Shown here one piece after another: positions 47,697 to 57,576 of a stretch of 64,000 nt of DNA. The stretch's first letter is position 1. Every line of letters begins with the position of its first letter. Source of the stretch: an uncultured delta proteobacterium (lineage in GTDB: Bacteria; Desulfobacterota; Binatia; Binatales; Binataceae); contig CAVWKW010000003.1 in the NCBI GenBank assembly GCA_963755705.1, positions 836,067-900,066 on the forward strand, written 5' to 3'. The position numbers were made by a program, and so were the translations under genes. The notes beneath the pieces are model-generated. The model saw only the letters and a program-made list of their open reading frames with translations, had not been told where the DNA came from and did no database searches.

Positions 47697-48515
47697 TCAT
47701 CCTCTCGTTATGCCGACAGCGCCGGGGTGGCTGTGCACTTCCGGCTCCGAATACCATCGGGCCATCACAAACATAATCGCACCCAGAAAAAACATTCCGC
47801 CCGGCACCCACATCAGAAGTCCGCCAAGCTGCTGATCGACCGCGGGCGTCAGGCCCCATCCGTCCCGCAGCGTCAACAGGATTCCGAGCGAGTCGGCGGG
47901 ATGCAGGTACGCGGAGTAGAGACCAGGATTCGCGAAGGTGAGAAGTATCCCAAGCACGCTGTTCGCGACCATCGCCGTCGCAAGGTAGATGATCGCGAGC
48001 ATCGGCTCCATCTGCGCGCTCGCGACCGGCGCGAAAATCGGCCACCAGAAAATGGTCGCGGTCACGAGGAAGCACAGATGCTCGAAGATATGCACGTCCT
48101 CACTCGCGAGCGTCGCGTCGTAGAGCGCGGGCCAGTGCCAAATCCACAGCACCGCCATCGCGAGCGTCCACGCGACCGCGGGCGCCGCCAGTATCCGCTC
48201 GATCCGCGCGAGCATCGGCACCGCGAGAATCGCCCGGACAAATTTTTCCGAGAGGCCGAGAATCAGCAGCGGCGGCACGATCAGGATGAGAATCAGATGC
48301 TGCAGCATGTGAGCGCTGAACAGATACTCGTCCGAGAGCGCATCGAGCGGGGAGACCAGCGCAAGAAACATCGCAACAACCCCGGCGACGAACCACGGAG
48401 CGCGCGAATAATCGCCACGATGCGCGAGCGCATACGCCGCGAGCAGCGCGATGCATCCGATCACGATCGACGGATCGAAATCCCACGCGCGGAGCAGGTT
48501 GCCGAGTCCGTTCAC
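47697..48515 (-). CDS. ctaG: CtaG-type (caa3) cytochrome oxidase assembly factor
   Basis: SPLD.L…LFSAHM.QH, W.WH.P.LY, DQQLGG.LMW; GTGA overlap. Confidence 0.85.
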   Translation of the reverse strand: MNGLGNLLRAWDFDPSIVIGCIALLAAYALAHRGDYSRAPWFVAGVVAMFLALVSPLDALSDEYLFSAHMLQHLILILIVPPLLILGLSEKFVRAILAVPMLARIERILAAPAVAWTLAMAVLWIWHWPALYDATLASEDVHIFEHLCFLVTATIFWWPIFAPVASAQMEPMLAIIYLATAMVANSVLGILLTFANPGLYSAYLHPADSLGILLTLRDGWGLTPAVDQQLGGLLMWVPGGMFFLGAIMFVMARWYSEPEVHSHPGAVGITRG

Positions 48516-49069
48516 AGGATCGCCCACAGGTACACGATGCTGAAAATCACGACCCATACCGCATCGACGAAATGCCAATAGATCCCGACCGCCTCGAAAG
48601 CGTCGGCCTCGCGTTCGCTGCCGACCAGACGATTACTCGCCGCCAGCCCGGCAACGATCGCGATCGCGACCAGCCCAATGAAAACATGCAGGCCATGAAA
48701 CCCGGTCAGCGTGAAGAACGTGGTCGCGAACAGATTGCGATTCACCGCGACGCCGTGCTGGTACAACCCGACGTATTCGAGCGCCTGCCCCGACAGGAAC
48801 AGCGCGCCGAGAATGACGGTCACGACGAGCCACGCGAGAGTCGCGCGATGCGCGCGAGCGCGGTAGCTGCTGGCTGCCATGATCATCGTCGCGCTGCTCG
48901 CGAAGAGCAGAATCGAGAACAGTCCCGTGCGCAGCGGATTCAGCGCGGTCGCCGCGGTCGGTCCGGCGCCCGGATACGAATGATAAAAGACGTACGCGAT
49001 GATCAGCAGCAAAAAGAAATTCGCCTCTGACAGGATAAACAGGCTCACCGCGAGTTTCCCCTTGCGCAT
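48512..49069 (-). CDS. ctaE: cytochrome c oxidase subunit III
   Basis: LFILSE..FF, FF.LTGFHGLHV, YWHFVD.VW. Confidence 0.92.
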   Translation of the reverse strand: MRKGKLAVSLFILSEANFFLLLIIAYVFYHSYPGAGPTAATALNPLRTGLFSILLFASSATMIMAASSYRARAHRATLAWLVVTVILGALFLSGQALEYVGLYQHGVAVNRNLFATTFFTLTGFHGLHVFIGLVAIAIVAGLAASNRLVGSEREADAFEAVGIYWHFVDAVWVVIFSIVYLWAIL

Positions 49070-49073
49070 CGCC

Positions 49074-50744
49074 CTACCCTTCGCCTAACGCGGCCGCGAC
49101 TCGCTCGTCAGCGCGGTCTGGATGCTTCAAGTCCCACAGCGGACGCCGCCCATGCACAGGAGGCACCAGCGTGAAATTCTCGGGCGGCGGCGGTGACGAG
49201 GTCGCCCATTCGAGCGTCCACGCATCCCACGGGTTGTCGCCCGCAACCTTGCCCGAGGCGAGGCTCAGGTAAACGTTCCACAGAAACACCAGCACCGAGG
49301 CGAGCAGGATGAACGCGCCGATCGTCGAAAGCATGTTCAGGATCATCCATCCGGGCAAATCCGGATAGGTATACACCCGCCGCGGCATCCCCATCATGCC
49401 GAGTGGATGCATCAGAAAGAACGTCAGGTTGAATCCGATCAGCGTCAGCCAGAAATGCCAGATGCCGAGCCGCTCATCGAGCATGCGGCCGGACCACTTC
49501 GGAAACCAGTAATAGAGTCCCGCGAAAATCGCGAGCGCGGTCCCGCCGAAGAGCACGTAATGGAAATGCGCGACCAGATAGTAAGTGTCGGTGAGTTGCC
49601 AATCGATCGGAATCACCGCGAAGCTGATCCCGGTCAGTCCGCCAATCGTGAACATCGCGATAAATCCCAGTGCGAACATCATCGAGGTCGTGAACCGAAT
49701 TCTTCCGTGATAGAGCGTCACCGTCCAATTGAAAATCTTGACGCCGGTCGGCACCGCAATCGACATGCTGGTGAAGACGAAGAACAGGTCATAGACGTTG
49801 CCCATGCCGACCGCGAACATGTGATGCGCCCACACGGTGAATGACAGAAACGCGATCGCGACCGTCGATGCGGCGACGAATCCGTAGCCATAAATCGGCT
49901 TGCCCGAAAACACCGGGATAACTTCCGAGATCATCCCGAAGGCGGGCAGAACCATGATGTAGACCTCGGGATGCCCGAAGCCCCAAAAGTAGTGCTGCCA
50001 CAAAAGCGCAGACCCCCCGAACGCCGGCGCGAAGACATGCGAGTTCAGCAGGCGGTCCGCCAGCAGCATCACCAGCGCGCCATTAAGAACCGGCAGCGCC
50101 ATCAGGATCAGAAACGAGTTGACCAGGGTCATCCAGACGAACAGCGGCAGGCGGCGAATCGTCTGGCCCTGCACGCGCAGGTTCACGATTGTCACGATCA
50201 TGTTGATCGCGCCCGCGATCGAGCTGATGCCGAGGCAGGTCAGCGCCAGCACCCAGTAGGTCAGTCCGTTGGAGATCGAGAACGCGGGCTCGGAGAGCGG
50301 CGTATAGCTGAACCACCCGGCATTCGGTGCGCCACCGGCGAAGAAACTGAAGTAGAGGAGAATTCCCGCGAATAGCTGGAGCCAGAAGCTCATCGCGTTG
50401 AGCCGCGGAAACGCAACGTCGCGCGCGCCGATCATCAGCGGAATCGCGTAGATCGACATCCCCGCCAGCATCGGCATCACGACCAGAAAGATCATCGTGG
50501 TGCCGTGCATCGTGAAGATCTGGTTGAAGGTGTCGGGTCCGAGAAAATGATTGTTCGGCACCGCGAGCTGGATGCGGATCAAGAGCGCCTCGATCCCGCC
50601 GATTCCGAAGAACAGCAGCGACGAGAGCATGTACATGATCCCGATCTGCTTGTGATCGACCGACGCGACCCACGCGAGCAGTCCCCTGCGGGCGGCTGCC
50701 GCGCTCGGCTCGCCGGCGCGCGTTCTGATCGCGAGGCCGCTCAC
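49074..50744 (-). CDS. ctaD: cytochrome c oxidase subunit I (A1 type)
   Basis: DHK.IG, HGTTM, GHPEVY, WAHHM, HFHY; GTG start overlaps the subunit II stop. Confidence 0.96.
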   Translation of the reverse strand: MSGLAIRTRAGEPSAAAARRGLLAWVASVDHKQIGIMYMLSSLLFFGIGGIEALLIRIQLAVPNNHFLGPDTFNQIFTMHGTTMIFLVVMPMLAGMSIYAIPLMIGARDVAFPRLNAMSFWLQLFAGILLYFSFFAGGAPNAGWFSYTPLSEPAFSISNGLTYWVLALTCLGISSIAGAINMIVTIVNLRVQGQTIRRLPLFVWMTLVNSFLILMALPVLNGALVMLLADRLLNSHVFAPAFGGSALLWQHYFWGFGHPEVYIMVLPAFGMISEVIPVFSGKPIYGYGFVAASTVAIAFLSFTVWAHHMFAVGMGNVYDLFFVFTSMSIAVPTGVKIFNWTVTLYHGRIRFTTSMMFALGFIAMFTIGGLTGISFAVIPIDWQLTDTYYLVAHFHYVLFGGTALAIFAGLYYWFPKWSGRMLDERLGIWHFWLTLIGFNLTFFLMHPLGMMGMPRRVYTYPDLPGWMILNMLSTIGAFILLASVLVFLWNVYLSLASGKVAGDNPWDAWTLEWATSSPPPPENFTLVPPVHGRRPLWDLKHPDRADERVAAALGEG

Positions 50745-51673
50745 TTGAGCGTCTCCATGTAGGCGACCAGAGCCTGCGCCTGCGTGTCGCTTAACTGGAA
50801 ATTCGGCATGTGAGTTTCGGGCTTGATCACGTTCGGATTCTCGAGCCACTTCAGGAGATTGGCGGGGGTGTTTGCGGCAGCTCCCGCCGCAATCGTGCTC
50901 CGATCCGCCAGGTGAGTCAGATCGGGACCGATCCGCTGGTTACCCAGCGTGCCGGCAACCGTGTGACAATTGATACAGGTCTGCTCGCGGAAGATCTGCG
51001 CGCCTTGCGCGGCGACGCCCGCCGTCGGGACCGCGGGCACCTTCAGTTGGCTGCGCTGCCAGGCGGCAAAGTCCGCGGGGGTTTGCGCTATCAGCAGTAT
51101 CCGCATCCACGCGTGTTGATTGCCGCAGAACTCGGCGCAGGTTCCAAGGTACGCGCCGGGTTTGTCGGCGCTGATCCAGACGTGATTCGGATGCCCCGGT
51201 ATCGCGTCGATCTTGCGGCCCAGCTCGGGCACCCAGAAATCATGAATCACATCGGCGGCCTCGACATCGATCAGAATCGGGCGGCCGACCGGGATGTGAA
51301 TCTCGTTGGCGGTGACAACTCCGGAGCCAAGGTAGTCGGCCTCCCACCACCATTGATGGCCGACCACGCGCAGGTCAGGCATGTGGCCGGCGACGGGAGG
51401 ATCCGACGCCTGAATGGTGCGGACGGTGAAGCCGAAAATCACGATCAGCAGCAGCGCGGGAATCACCGTCCAGATTATTTCGAGCCGCGGATTACCGAAC
51501 TCCTGGCGCGCGTCGGCGGCGCCCTCGCGGTCGCGATAGCGGATCACCGCGACCGTCATAAGCGTCGCGACCAGCGCAAAGATCGCGAACATCACCAGCA
51601 GGATCGCCAGGAACAAATGGTAGATCGATGCAGCTTCAGGCGAAAACGGGTTAAGTGTGGGTACGCCTGCCAT
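50741..51673 (-). CDS. ctaC: cytochrome c oxidase subunit II with C-terminal cytochrome c (caa3 type)
   Basis: DVIHDFW, CAEFCGNQHAWM (CuA site), CINCH heme c motif. Confidence 0.95.
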   Translation of the reverse strand: MAGVPTLNPFSPEAASIYHLFLAILLVMFAIFALVATLMTVAVIRYRDREGAADARQEFGNPRLEIIWTVIPALLLIVIFGFTVRTIQASDPPVAGHMPDLRVVGHQWWWEADYLGSGVVTANEIHIPVGRPILIDVEAADVIHDFWVPELGRKIDAIPGHPNHVWISADKPGAYLGTCAEFCGNQHAWMRILLIAQTPADFAAWQRSQLKVPAVPTAGVAAQGAQIFREQTCINCHTVAGTLGNQRIGPDLTHLADRSTIAAGAAANTPANLLKWLENPNVIKPETHMPNFQLSDTQAQALVAYMETLK

Positions 51674-51795
51674 CGCGCTTAAGTGATCGGCCCATTCCCG
51701 CAGCTCTCATGCGACGCCGATAACTGCGAACCGTAGCGCCGCGTTGTCCCTCTTTCAAGCGACAATCTGAGAAAGTCCGGAAATTGTGCGGCGTC

Positions 51796-52470
51796 TCAGG
51801 GCGTCTCTTCAAGCAGCTCGGGCGAATCGAACTTGGGGTTGTTAAGCTGCGGTGACACCCGCGTGGTGAGCAGAAGATCATCGGGGGCCGGCGCGAGCAT
51901 CGGTTTCAGCGCCATCGCGTCGCGGCACAGCGGATTCATCCAGTCGTCGGCGCGCGCGTCGGACAGTATCACCGGCATCCGATCATGATACGGCGCCATG
52001 GTGGCGTTAGCGGCGGTCGTGATGATGGTAAAAGTCGTATGCCAATTGCCGGGCTCTTTCTGCCAGGCTTCGTAGAGACCCGCGAACAAAAGCAAGCCGC
52101 CGTCGCCGCGATGAAACCAGATCGGACGGCGGGCGGTTTTGGGACCGGTCCATTCAAAAAAGCCGTCGGCGGGAATCACGCAGCGCCGGCTCTGGAACGC
52201 GTCGCGAAACACGGGGCGCGCCTCCAAGCCCTCTGCGCGCGCGTTGATATAGCGCGCGGCTTGCCTGGCGTCCTTGGCCCACCAGTTTACGAGACCCCAG
52301 GTCGCAGCTTCGGCTCTTCGATTCTCGTATTCGAGGCGAACGATAAAGTACGGTTGCGTCGGCGCGATATTGTAGCGCGGGCGGTAGTCGGGGATTGATT
52401 CGATTGGAACGCCAAGCTCGGCTGCGAGTGCGTTCCCGTCGCGGCGAGTGATTGTGAATCGCCCACACAT
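51796..52470 (-). CDS. SRAP/HMCES abasic-site crosslinking protein
   Basis: N-terminal MCGRF, YNIAPTQ, INAR.E, RC.IPADGFFEW, HDRMPVIL. Confidence 0.93.
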   Translation of the reverse strand: MCGRFTITRRDGNALAAELGVPIESIPDYRPRYNIAPTQPYFIVRLEYENRRAEAATWGLVNWWAKDARQAARYINARAEGLEARPVFRDAFQSRRCVIPADGFFEWTGPKTARRPIWFHRGDGGLLLFAGLYEAWQKEPGNWHTTFTIITTAANATMAPYHDRMPVILSDARADDWMNPLCRDAMALKPMLAPAPDDLLLTTRVSPQLNNPKFDSPELLEETP

Positions 52471-52619
52471 GATAAATTTTCTTGACTATTACTGACTATT
52501 CGATGGTCCGGGACTTATGTCTTGCCGCTGCCCGGCGCGCGCAGGAGATGCTTTGCGAAGAATCGCAGCACAAGCGTTCGAGGTCGAGCGCACTCTAATA
52601 TGCCTTCGCCGGAATCAGA

Positions 52620-52937
52620 TCACTCGCCACCCGGACCGGCAACAAACACACTGCCCTTTTTTCCAATATGCAGACACTGGGTATAGTTATTGCCCGCATA
52701 GTCTGCATCGCAAATCGGCCTGTCCACTGCGGGACACTTATACACATGCGCGTCAATCGGAGTGCATTGGGACAGATTGAAGGTCAACTCTGTCTGATTC
52801 AACGCCGCGGCCTGAGGAGTCGGAGTGTTGGTCGAGCATCCGGCCAGTAATATCCCAGCAAAAGCGATACCGGCTAATGTTCCGACGCGAGTTTTGAATA
52901 GAGGATTTCTCAAACTCTGCTTGCGCGTAATCTCCAT
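52620..52937 (-). CDS. small Cys-rich lipoprotein
   Basis: Lipobox LAGC plus four further Cys. Confidence 0.65.
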   Translation of the reverse strand: MEITRKQSLRNPLFKTRVGTLAGIAFAGILLAGCSTNTPTPQAAALNQTELTFNLSQCTPIDAHVYKCPAVDRPICDADYAGNNYTQCLHIGKKGSVFVAGPGGE

Positions 52938-53044
52938 GTCTTACCTCTCTTTCCAGTAGTCGTTGAAGCAATACGTGTTACGAGATTACGCGCATCCGAT
53001 ACCAATTACTATTTTTATTCTGTGCGCCAGCGCGGCTTCAGCGC

Positions 53045-53836
53045 CTACGGAGCTTCGGACAATTTCACCTTTTGAACCTGATCGGGTGAGATCCATCCCT
53101 GCTGGGCGAAGTGCTGCGAAAGATAGGCAACCACCTGGTCAGCGGTCTTGTCGCTCAGGTACGCGACCTGCGAGGTATAGGTCTTCGCGCCTCCGGCTGC
53201 GACGTTGGCCGCCGCCATGCCCGCGGTTGCGCCGCCCTGGGCCGCCGCTCCCGCGCCCATCGTGACGGCGGCGCCGGGCATCCGGCCGCTGTCGGCGTGA
53301 GTCGTGAATTGCAGCAGCGATTGCCGCGCGCCGGCGGTTACGCGGTATACATTCACCTGCGTATCGAGTTTCGAGGCGCCCGCGCCGAAGCCAATCACCA
53401 GCCGGCGCAGACGATTGCCTTCGTCAACATTCAGAAACTCACCGTCGATCAGCAGGTCGCCTTCCTGCGAAACGGTGTTGGCATTCCCGCGCACGACGGT
53501 GAATCCCAGATCGCCGAGCTGTTTGGCAACTTCCGCCGCCAGCGCGTCAGCCGCTTCCTTGCCGATCGCGTCCTCGCGCTGCTCCGCCGGAGTGCTGGAA
53601 AAGCTATTCAAGATTCGCGCGCCGATCGCGGTATTCTCGGAGACCTGCGATGCGGAGAACGCGAAATCGTCCACCACGATTCGCGCGGGACGGACCGAAG
53701 AGGTGGTCACCAGCGGTGTTCCGCTCGAGTCCGGCGTGACGGACGCGCCCGCGCATCCGGCAAACATCACCGCAATCGCCAGGCTCACCAATCGATTCCG
53801 CCTCGAACCCGCGGTTCCTCGTATGCTTGATTTCAT
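53045..53836 (-). CDS. DUF4410-like lipoprotein
   Basis: FAGC lipobox-like; EG.F..VDEGNRLRR.VIGFGAGAS motif. Confidence 0.75.
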   Translation of the reverse strand: MKSSIRGTAGSRRNRLVSLAIAVMFAGCAGASVTPDSSGTPLVTTSSVRPARIVVDDFAFSASQVSENTAIGARILNSFSSTPAEQREDAIGKEAADALAAEVAKQLGDLGFTVVRGNANTVSQEGDLLIDGEFLNVDEGNRLRRLVIGFGAGASKLDTQVNVYRVTAGARQSLLQFTTHADSGRMPGAAVTMGAGAAAQGGATAGMAAANVAAGGAKTYTSQVAYLSDKTADQVVAYLSQHFAQQGWISPDQVQKVKLSEAP

Positions 53837-53971
53837 GTTCGTCTGTCCTCCCCCTCTCATTCGCTGGCGGACCCGGATGTCCGCGGCGGACAGGATATCA
53901 GTACGCCGCCACTTCGGAGAGGCTTCGGAAGGATGAATTTGGTCCCGCAGGAGACCGAAAGATGTTCGCGA

Positions 53972-54328
53972 TTAGCGGTCCAACCATTTCGGATTGTTGA
54001 TCGCGAGCGCGTCGGCCAGCGACTCCCGCACATGCGCGCGCATCGCGGGATCATCGACGCTGATCGCTCCCTCGCGAATACGCAGCGCAAGCTCGGCGCT
54101 GAGCGCCTCGAGCTCGCCGCCGTGCCCGAGAATCGCGGTCAGCCGCCGGAGCTCAGCATCGGCCTGCGCGGCGCGCATTTCGGCCTCACGGCGGACGACG
54201 CTTAGCGCGTTGATTGTCACGCGAGTTTTAAAGCGATGATACCCCGTGAGCGTGGGCATCAACTCTTCTTCGAGATACTTCACCGCCGCACCCAGCAGGG
54301 TCGGGGCGTCGGGCATGCTGCGTGGCAT
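53972..54328 (-). CDS. DUF6285-like small protein (LvaB-like)
   Basis: P….L..A…YL..E..P.L.G..RF..RV..NAL..V.RE…K.L.INNPK pattern; follows the kinase. Confidence 0.7.
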   Translation of the reverse strand: MPRSMPDAPTLLGAAVKYLEEELMPTLTGYHRFKTRVTINALSVVRREAEMRAAQADAELRRLTAILGHGGELEALSAELALRIREGAISVDDPAMRAHVRESLADALAINNPKWLDR

Positions 54329-54350
54329 TATCGAATCACGTCCTTTGCGC

Positions 54351-55361
54351 TCACTCGTCGCGCCCTTCGATCAAGGTCAGGAAATCCCACAGCGGTTCCT
54401 CGATCCGCCGGCCGATCGCGCATCGCTCGATTCCGGTTTCCTCGATTCCGCGCATCCCCATCCTTAGACATCCGATCGCCCACTTGACGCAGCCAAACCC
54501 CTCCCAGAAACGAACCGCCTTGGGATCGACGCGCGCCCCACCGGCTTTCTCGTATGCGGCGAACAGATCCTCGCGCTTGCCGAATCCTCCGACCGGGCCG
54601 CGGCCCCCGAAGCGCCAGGTTTTGACGCAGACCCATCCGAGGTCCTGCATCGGATCGCCGCTCTGCGCGATCTCCCAATCGAGCAGCAGGCGGATGCCGT
54701 CGTTCTCGCCGACGATAAAATTACCGGTGCGAAAATCGCCGTGAACCACCGTCCGCCGCGGATTTTTCGGCGCGTTCTCGGCCGACCACTTGAGCCCAAG
54801 CTCGACCGCCGGATGCCGCAGGCCGTAGTAGTCGGCGATTCGATATTGCGCCGCCACCAGTTGCTCCGCGTCTTGGTAGGGGAGAAAAGGGACCTCGGCC
54901 AGGTCGATTCGATGGATCGCAGCCAGGATCTTGCCGCACTGCGCCGTCATGATCGAGCGCGCATGCGCGAATTTGTCCTCGCGCACGATCTTCGGCCCGA
55001 GCGTCTCGCCCGCCACTCTCTCCGTGATGTAGCCTGGACCGAGGCCGTCGGAGGGTTCGAGAATTGCGCGCACCCGCGGCGCGGGAACGCCCCCGCGCAC
55101 CGCCGCGATCATGATGAGCGCATCCTGGTCGCCGGTTATGTGCGGAGAAATGTCCGCGAGCGGGTTCGGCTGATCAACCGCGCCGGCGCTCGAAAGCTGG
55201 ACGATAAATTCCTCGCGCCGGACGCCGATCTCGGCGTCGAACGACCAGGTGGTTTTGTTGGCGCCGCCGGTCAGCCGCTGCAGACCGTGAATCGTGCCGG
55301 GCGCGCCGATTCGGCGGCCTACAACCTCGCCGAGGCGCGACGCGAAATCATTAGCGCTCAC
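54351..55361 (-). CDS. APH-family phosphotransferase (LvaA-like)
   Basis: LTGGA, HGDFRTGN, LDWE..GDP..DLGW. Confidence 0.88.
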   Translation of the reverse strand: MSANDFASRLGEVVGRRIGAPGTIHGLQRLTGGANKTTWSFDAEIGVRREEFIVQLSSAGAVDQPNPLADISPHITGDQDALIMIAAVRGGVPAPRVRAILEPSDGLGPGYITERVAGETLGPKIVREDKFAHARSIMTAQCGKILAAIHRIDLAEVPFLPYQDAEQLVAAQYRIADYYGLRHPAVELGLKWSAENAPKNPRRTVVHGDFRTGNFIVGENDGIRLLLDWEIAQSGDPMQDLGWVCVKTWRFGGRGPVGGFGKREDLFAAYEKAGGARVDPKAVRFWEGFGCVKWAIGCLRMGMRGIEETGIERCAIGRRIEEPLWDFLTLIEGRDE

Positions 55362-55391
55362 GATGATGCAAACCGGACGCGGATGCCGCCG

Positions 55392-56657
55392 TCACTGCGC
55401 TTCGCGATGGCCGAAGCCGAACAGGATCTGCGCAACCCGGCGCATCTGAATTTCCTCGGAGCCTTCGGTGATCCGGTAGCGGCGATGATGCCGATAGATA
55501 TGCTCGAACGGCTTGTGGCGCGAATATCCCATTCCGCCGTGCACCTGCATCGCGCGGTCGGCCGCCTCGCACACCAGCCGATTCGCGCGGTAATTGCACA
55601 TCGCCACTTTGTCCGACAGCTTGAGCGCGACCTCGGGCTTGGACATCTGGTCCATCTCCCAGGCGGTCTTGTGGATGAGCGTGCGAAGCATCGCGGCCTC
55701 AGTGTGCAGCTCGACCAGAGGCCACTGGATCGCCTGGTTCTGCGCGAGCGGTTTGCCAAACGGTTTGCGCTCCTTGGCGTACTTGACCGCCTCGTTGATG
55801 CAGAACTGCGCCGCGCCCAGCGACGACGCCGCCTGCCGGATGCGATTCTCGTGCACGAAGTGCTGCGCGACCGCCAAGCCGTTATCGAGATCGCCCAGCA
55901 CTTCGCCCGCCGGAATGCGGATGTTGGTGAGCGAGATGCGTGGATGGTCGGTCGGCATGTTGAAGGTCCACAGGTACTCTTCGATCTTGAACCCGGGACT
56001 GTCGGTCGGAACGAGGAAGCATCCGATGCCGCGCGCGCTGCCGTCGCGATTGCTGTGGCGTGCAAAGATGAAATCGTGGGTGGCGGCGTGGACGCCAGTG
56101 TTCCACATTTTGGCGCCGTTGATCACCCACTGGTCGCCGTCGCGAACCGCCCGCGTTTCCATCCAGGTCGCATCGGAGCCGTGATTGGGCTCGGTCAGGC
56201 CAAAGGCGATGCGCATGGTGCCGTCGAGCAGCTTGGGGATCCATTCCTTTTTCTGCTCCGGAGTGCCGAAGTCGCGGAACATCAGGACGGTCGGCATGTT
56301 GCCGACGATCGAATTTTCGTTCTGCAGGTCGTTGTGGAGGCCGAGTCCTTTGGCGGCCAGGTACTCGCGAATCACCGCCATCGCGAGGTTGGTGCCGTCC
56401 TTGCCGCCGTATTCGCGGGGCAGCGCGTAGCGGAAATGGCCGGCCTTGTCGGCCCGGCGGCGCATCTCGCGCAGAAGTTCCTCCCAGTCGTGGCGCGGAA
56501 GGCCGCCGTTTTCGAAATCGGTGCGAGCCCATTCGCGGCGATGGTCGAAGAACCGGATATTGTCGTTTTCGCGCTCGAGCGGCTTGATCTCGCGCTCGAT
56601 AAAATCGTCAAGTTCTTTCAGGTAGGCGGTAACGTCGGCCGGAATCTGAAAATCCAC
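55392..56657 (-). CDS. acyl-CoA dehydrogenase (ACAD10/11/LvaC-like)
   Basis: FGLTEP.HGSDA, ING.KMW, QVHGG.G, ITEG..E; SD GAGGAG before GTG 56657. Confidence 0.92.
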   Translation of the reverse strand: MDFQIPADVTAYLKELDDFIEREIKPLERENDNIRFFDHRREWARTDFENGGLPRHDWEELLREMRRRADKAGHFRYALPREYGGKDGTNLAMAVIREYLAAKGLGLHNDLQNENSIVGNMPTVLMFRDFGTPEQKKEWIPKLLDGTMRIAFGLTEPNHGSDATWMETRAVRDGDQWVINGAKMWNTGVHAATHDFIFARHSNRDGSARGIGCFLVPTDSPGFKIEEYLWTFNMPTDHPRISLTNIRIPAGEVLGDLDNGLAVAQHFVHENRIRQAASSLGAAQFCINEAVKYAKERKPFGKPLAQNQAIQWPLVELHTEAAMLRTLIHKTAWEMDQMSKPEVALKLSDKVAMCNYRANRLVCEAADRAMQVHGGMGYSRHKPFEHIYRHHRRYRITEGSEEIQMRRVAQILFGFGHREAQ

Positions 56658-56745
56658 GCTGTTTCTCCTCGGAAGCGATCGAACATACCGATCGTTTAGC
56701 AAAGGATGGGATGAAGGGAAAGCTCGGTGCGCAGACCGTGCCGCT

Positions 56746-57576
56746 TCACTCGGCAGCGGTGTTCGCGCCCTGCACGACGATTACGCAGCGGTCCTCGCCC
56801 GGCACCTCGTCCAGCGGCATCGCGACTTCGTCGGCGAATTTCTTGCCCACGATCAGCAGCCGCCCGGGCGTCTGCTTGAATAACTGCTTCAGGCTGCGCT
56901 CGCCCAGCACGTCAGAGTGAAATTGGCGGCCAAGCTTTTTGCGCGCGTCGTGAACCATGTCGAGCAGCTCGTCGCCGGTATTCTCGACTCGTCCCGAGAC
57001 CATCAGGGCGCGCAGTTTGGCGCGGGTTGGCCGCGCGATCCGAACCGCCAGTCCGAGCGCGGCCTGCCCATCGGCGCTCGAATCGAACGCCGCATAAACC
57101 CGCTCGAACGGGTGCGCGGTGCCCTGCACAAACACCCCAACGTTGATGGGCAGCGCCTTGGCGTGTGCGAGGACTTCGTGCACCACGCCGCCCATCGCGC
57201 CGCCTGCGGAATTCGCGCGATGATACCCAAGGATGATCCATGAAACCCGCGCACTTTGCGCGGTGGCAAGGATGTCGTGCGCGGCGTCCGCCGACCATAT
57301 CGCTTGTGGTGAAATCTCGACCCCTCGCGCGCGCGCGTACGCCATCGCAACGTCGAGAGCCGCTGAGGTGGGCGCGGCAGGATGCTCCGACCCAGGACGC
57401 GCCGAGGTCGCATCCGCAGCCGGGCGGACCAGCGCTAGCACGCGCACTGGAGGATCCTCGGCCTCACGCGCGGCGAAGGCAATTGAGAGCAGCGGAGCGA
57501 CGCCCTCCGGATTCGCAACCGGCACCAGTAATCCCCGATTGCGATCGGGTTCCGTATCCGATTGCTCTAAATCCAC
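56746..57576 (-). CDS. universal-stress-protein-like domain protein
   Basis: LLVPVANP…, IILGYH, G.V…VL…P.NVG pattern as in the C-termini of cation/H+ antiporters; start uncertain. Confidence 0.55.
   Translation of the reverse strand: MDLEQSDTEPDRNRGLLVPVANPEGVAPLLSIAFAAREAEDPPVRVLALVRPAADATSARPGSEHPAAPTSAALDVAMAYARARGVEISPQAIWSADAAHDILATAQSARVSWIILGYHRANSAGGAMGGVVHEVLAHAKALPINVGVFVQGTAHPFERVYAAFDSSADGQAALGLAVRIARPTRAKLRALMVSGRVENTGDELLDMVHDARKKLGRQFHSDVLGERSLKQLFKQTPGRLLIVGKKFADEVAMPLDEVPGEDRCVIVVQGANTAAE

Noticed and set aside
1902-56699. Many long antisense or alternate-frame ORFs (e.g. 1902-2933, 2696-3751, 5683-6957, 16670-18055, 29660-30826, 54741-56699)
   Set aside because: They overlap well-supported genes and are Arg/Ala-rich with no motifs, as expected from high-GC codon bias.
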